From Octopus sinensis (Eukaryota), in contig NW_021826950.1 in assembly GCF_006345805.1 (NCBI RefSeq), positions 1 to 11,544 of the forward strand: DNA of 11,544 bases, written 5' to 3'. A program made the translations under genes and the position numbers. How positions within the stretch are numbered: position 1 is the first letter of the stretch; the number at the start of each line of letters is the position of its first letter. Under the pieces are notes generated by a model. That model did not search any database. It was given only the letters and a program-made list of their open reading frames with translations, and was not told where the DNA came from. This document shows positions 9,627 to 11,544 of this stretch, piece by piece.

Positions 9627-9695
9627 TCATCATCATCATCATCAGTAGTAGTAGTAGTAGTAGCAGCAGCGGTGGTGGTAGTAGTAGTAGTAGTA
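9580..9695. repeat. Compound trinucleotide microsatellite (TCG)(TTC)n(TCA)n(GTA)n(GCA)(GTG)(GTA)n
   Basis: Directly visible. It accounts for the poly-T/A/D/K ORF 9524..9760(-). Confidence 0.95.
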
Positions 9696-9696
9696 A

Positions 9697-9903
9697 CGCG
9701 GTGAGCTGGCAGAATCGTTAGCACGTCGGGCGAAATTCTTACCGATATTTCGTCTGTCACTACGTTCGCAGTTCAAATACCGCCGAGGTCGACTTTTCCT
9801 TTCATTCTTTCGGGGTCATAACTTAAGTACTAGTGAAACCTATGTAAGCGACTATAGCCTTCCCATAAATTTTAGCCCTTGTACCTATAGAAGATAGGAT
9901 TCT
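9697..9903 (+). mobile_element. Family C SINE monomer with alternative tail
   Basis: GCGGTGAGCTGGCAGAATCGTTAGCACGTCGGGCGAAAT...GTTCAAATACCGCCGAGGTCGACTTTTCCTTTCATTCTTTCGGGGTC aligns with 5563-5700. Tail is AAATTTTAGCCCTTGTACCTATAGAAGATAGG. Confidence 0.85.
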
Positions 9904-10105
9904 TGAGGCACAGTTCTCAACTTAAGATACCCCTTTTTTTATATTTGAATTTCCAGGTCCTCATATTTACTTAATTTGTCAAATACCTTTACAGATATAT
10001 TTTTATCAGTGGGAACACATCTATTAGTCTACAAGTATTTTCTTCCCTGTCTTTAATAATTATGTCTGGTCGATTAGCTTGGATCGTTCTGTTGGTGTTG
10101 TTTCC

Positions 10106-10140
<35 letters not shown>
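10106..10140. repeat. (ATT)n microsatellite = (TAA)n tail/target of the adjacent Dong-like LINE
   Basis: Directly visible and abuts the 3' end of the minus-strand element. Confidence 0.9.
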
Positions 10141-11126
10141 ATATTTGAATTTTGCTTTATGTCTGTACGAGTTGGCTCCAGGTCTCACCCAGAGACCTCA
10201 AGAGACAACAGGTTGGAAGTTCTGTGCCATATATATGGTTTTTTTTTTTGCTTTTTTTTTGGTGTTGTACTAGTGAATCTCTAATATATAAAAATAAAAA
10301 GTAAATAAATAAAAAATAAAAAAAATAAAAAATATAAAAATAAATAAAAAAAAGTTTGTTTTAAACCTTGGGATTACATAGAGTATTTTGCGTAGGATAT
10401 GAGCAGTTCTCATGAGCACTATTTTGAATTTCTGCCATTTTGGGGTTTCTGGTATCTGAGTTAGGTAGGCAATCAGTCCCTTTCGCTATCATCCCAGAGC
10501 ACCTATGGCAACAGGTTGTTTTTAGTCTTCAGCTTCCACATTTTGCTGATTTCTATTCAAGACTTTATATTTGCTCAGTTTTTGGTAGGTCTTGACAGAT
10601 ACCTTTATATCGATTGGGACAATCATATCAATGAGAGGCATGTTCTTTGTCTGAAGTCTTTCAATATAATGTCTGGCCTATTTGCATCTATCTTCCTGTC
10701 AGTTTGAAGGTGAAGTTCCAGAGGAGTGAGATGCGTGGTCATTTTCAAGCACAGGAGTGGATTGTGTTCCACCAGTTTTTTTCATGGGGCAAATCCAGGT
10801 TTTTTGCAAATTACCCAGTGAGTGAATATATTGTTGCAGCTCTATCATGCCTACTGAGGTTACTCTGTAGGCGCTAGAAGACTGCATTTGGAGACAACAT
10901 GGTCAATAGTTTCATTTTGTTGTCGGCATACACGACATGTTGGGCTACTGCCGTTCTTTAATATGTTGGCCTGGCAGTTTCTTGTTGGTAGGCATTGATC
11001 TTGAGCTGCTATGATAAACCCCTCTGTTTCAGATTTTAAGCCAGAGGCCATTAGCCATTGATGGGTCAGGGCTTCGTCGATATCTGCATTATTCGCTCTC
11101 TTTGGGTATTTGCCATAGAGAGGTTT
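10141..11126 (-). mobile_element. 5'-truncated, frameshifted R4/Dong-clade non-LTR retrotransposon (CCHC knuckle + restriction-like endonuclease + 3' UTR)
   Basis: Minus-strand translation KPLYGKYPKRANNADIDEALTHQWLMASGLKSETEGFIIAAQDQCLPTRN...CRVCRQQNETIDHVVSKC (CX2CX7HX4C). Across frameshifts it continues RHDRAA, WVICKNL, DRKIDANRPDIILKD, KTYQKLSKYK, PVAIGALGMI and TAHILRKIL, typical of the R4/Dong C-terminus. Coding ends ~10375. The 3' UTR has T- and A-rich tracts and is followed by (TAA)n. Confidence 0.92.
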
Positions 11127-11134
11127 ATTATTAA

Positions 11135-11167
<33 letters not shown>

Positions 11168-11204
11168 CATCATTATTATTGTTGTCGTTGTTATTGTTAT
11201 TGTT
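11126..11204. repeat. (TAT)n grading into (CAT)/(TGT) microsatellite
   Basis: Directly visible. Abuts the 5' truncation point of the Dong-like element and explains the poly-Ile ORFs. Confidence 0.92.
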
Positions 11205-11544
11205 AGATATGCAAAGTGTGTCTTTATCATCACGAAATTCACAGAACTAGAATGATATAGAATTTCTTCAGAGAGACACAAACAGTTCTACATTTAATTA
11301 CGGAAAGTTAGAGATGTAATGAATACATTACGTAGCGGCTAATATTACTATTGAGAGTGGTTAAAGACATTTCGCTTCAAAATTTACTTTATGGTTATTA
11401 TATTATCTCCTTTTCTATACTGTAATTCTAACTAGGAGGTTTCGAGAAAGAAAGATGCGACGTCTTTTAAAGACAACTGGCATTAAATTTATAGTTGTTA
11501 GTCTTCCCTTAGGTTAAGGGGTAACAATCTGAAAATCATGTCTA

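Noticed and set aside
9524-9760. ORF with poly-T/D/K runs; likewise poly-Ile ORFs at 10079, 11058 and 11066
   Set aside because: These are translations of microsatellites overlapping SINE or LINE ends.
11217-11280. Hammerhead-like fold on the minus strand (TGTGTCT/AGACACA stem, CTGAAGA, AATTC/GAATT stem)
   Set aside because: The essential GAAA box and a correctly placed UH cleavage site are missing, leaving only an imperfect hairpin.

Overview
AT-rich eukaryotic, repeat-dense non-coding DNA (intergenic or intronic). The SINE families resemble those I recall from octopus, so a coleoid cephalopod origin is likely but is an inference. I can support no intact protein-coding gene, tRNA, rRNA or CRISPR array. 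The window holds about a dozen tRNA-derived SINE copies or fragments from roughly four head types, several with target-site duplications (TSDs). It also holds two dead 3' fragments of non-LTR retrotransposons on the minus strand: an RTE-clade (Rex3/Expander-like) piece at ~3371-3865 and an R4/Dong-clade restriction-like-endonuclease piece at ~10141-11126 lying inside a (TAA)n tract. Several microsatellites are present. The most notable pattern is modular SINE shuffling: two heads and two tails occur in all four combinations, plus a third tail, a heterodimer under one TSD, and a fixed dimeric subfamily. I do not see a convincing novel gene system. Labels H1/H2/C/D (heads) and X/Y/Z (tails) are my own.
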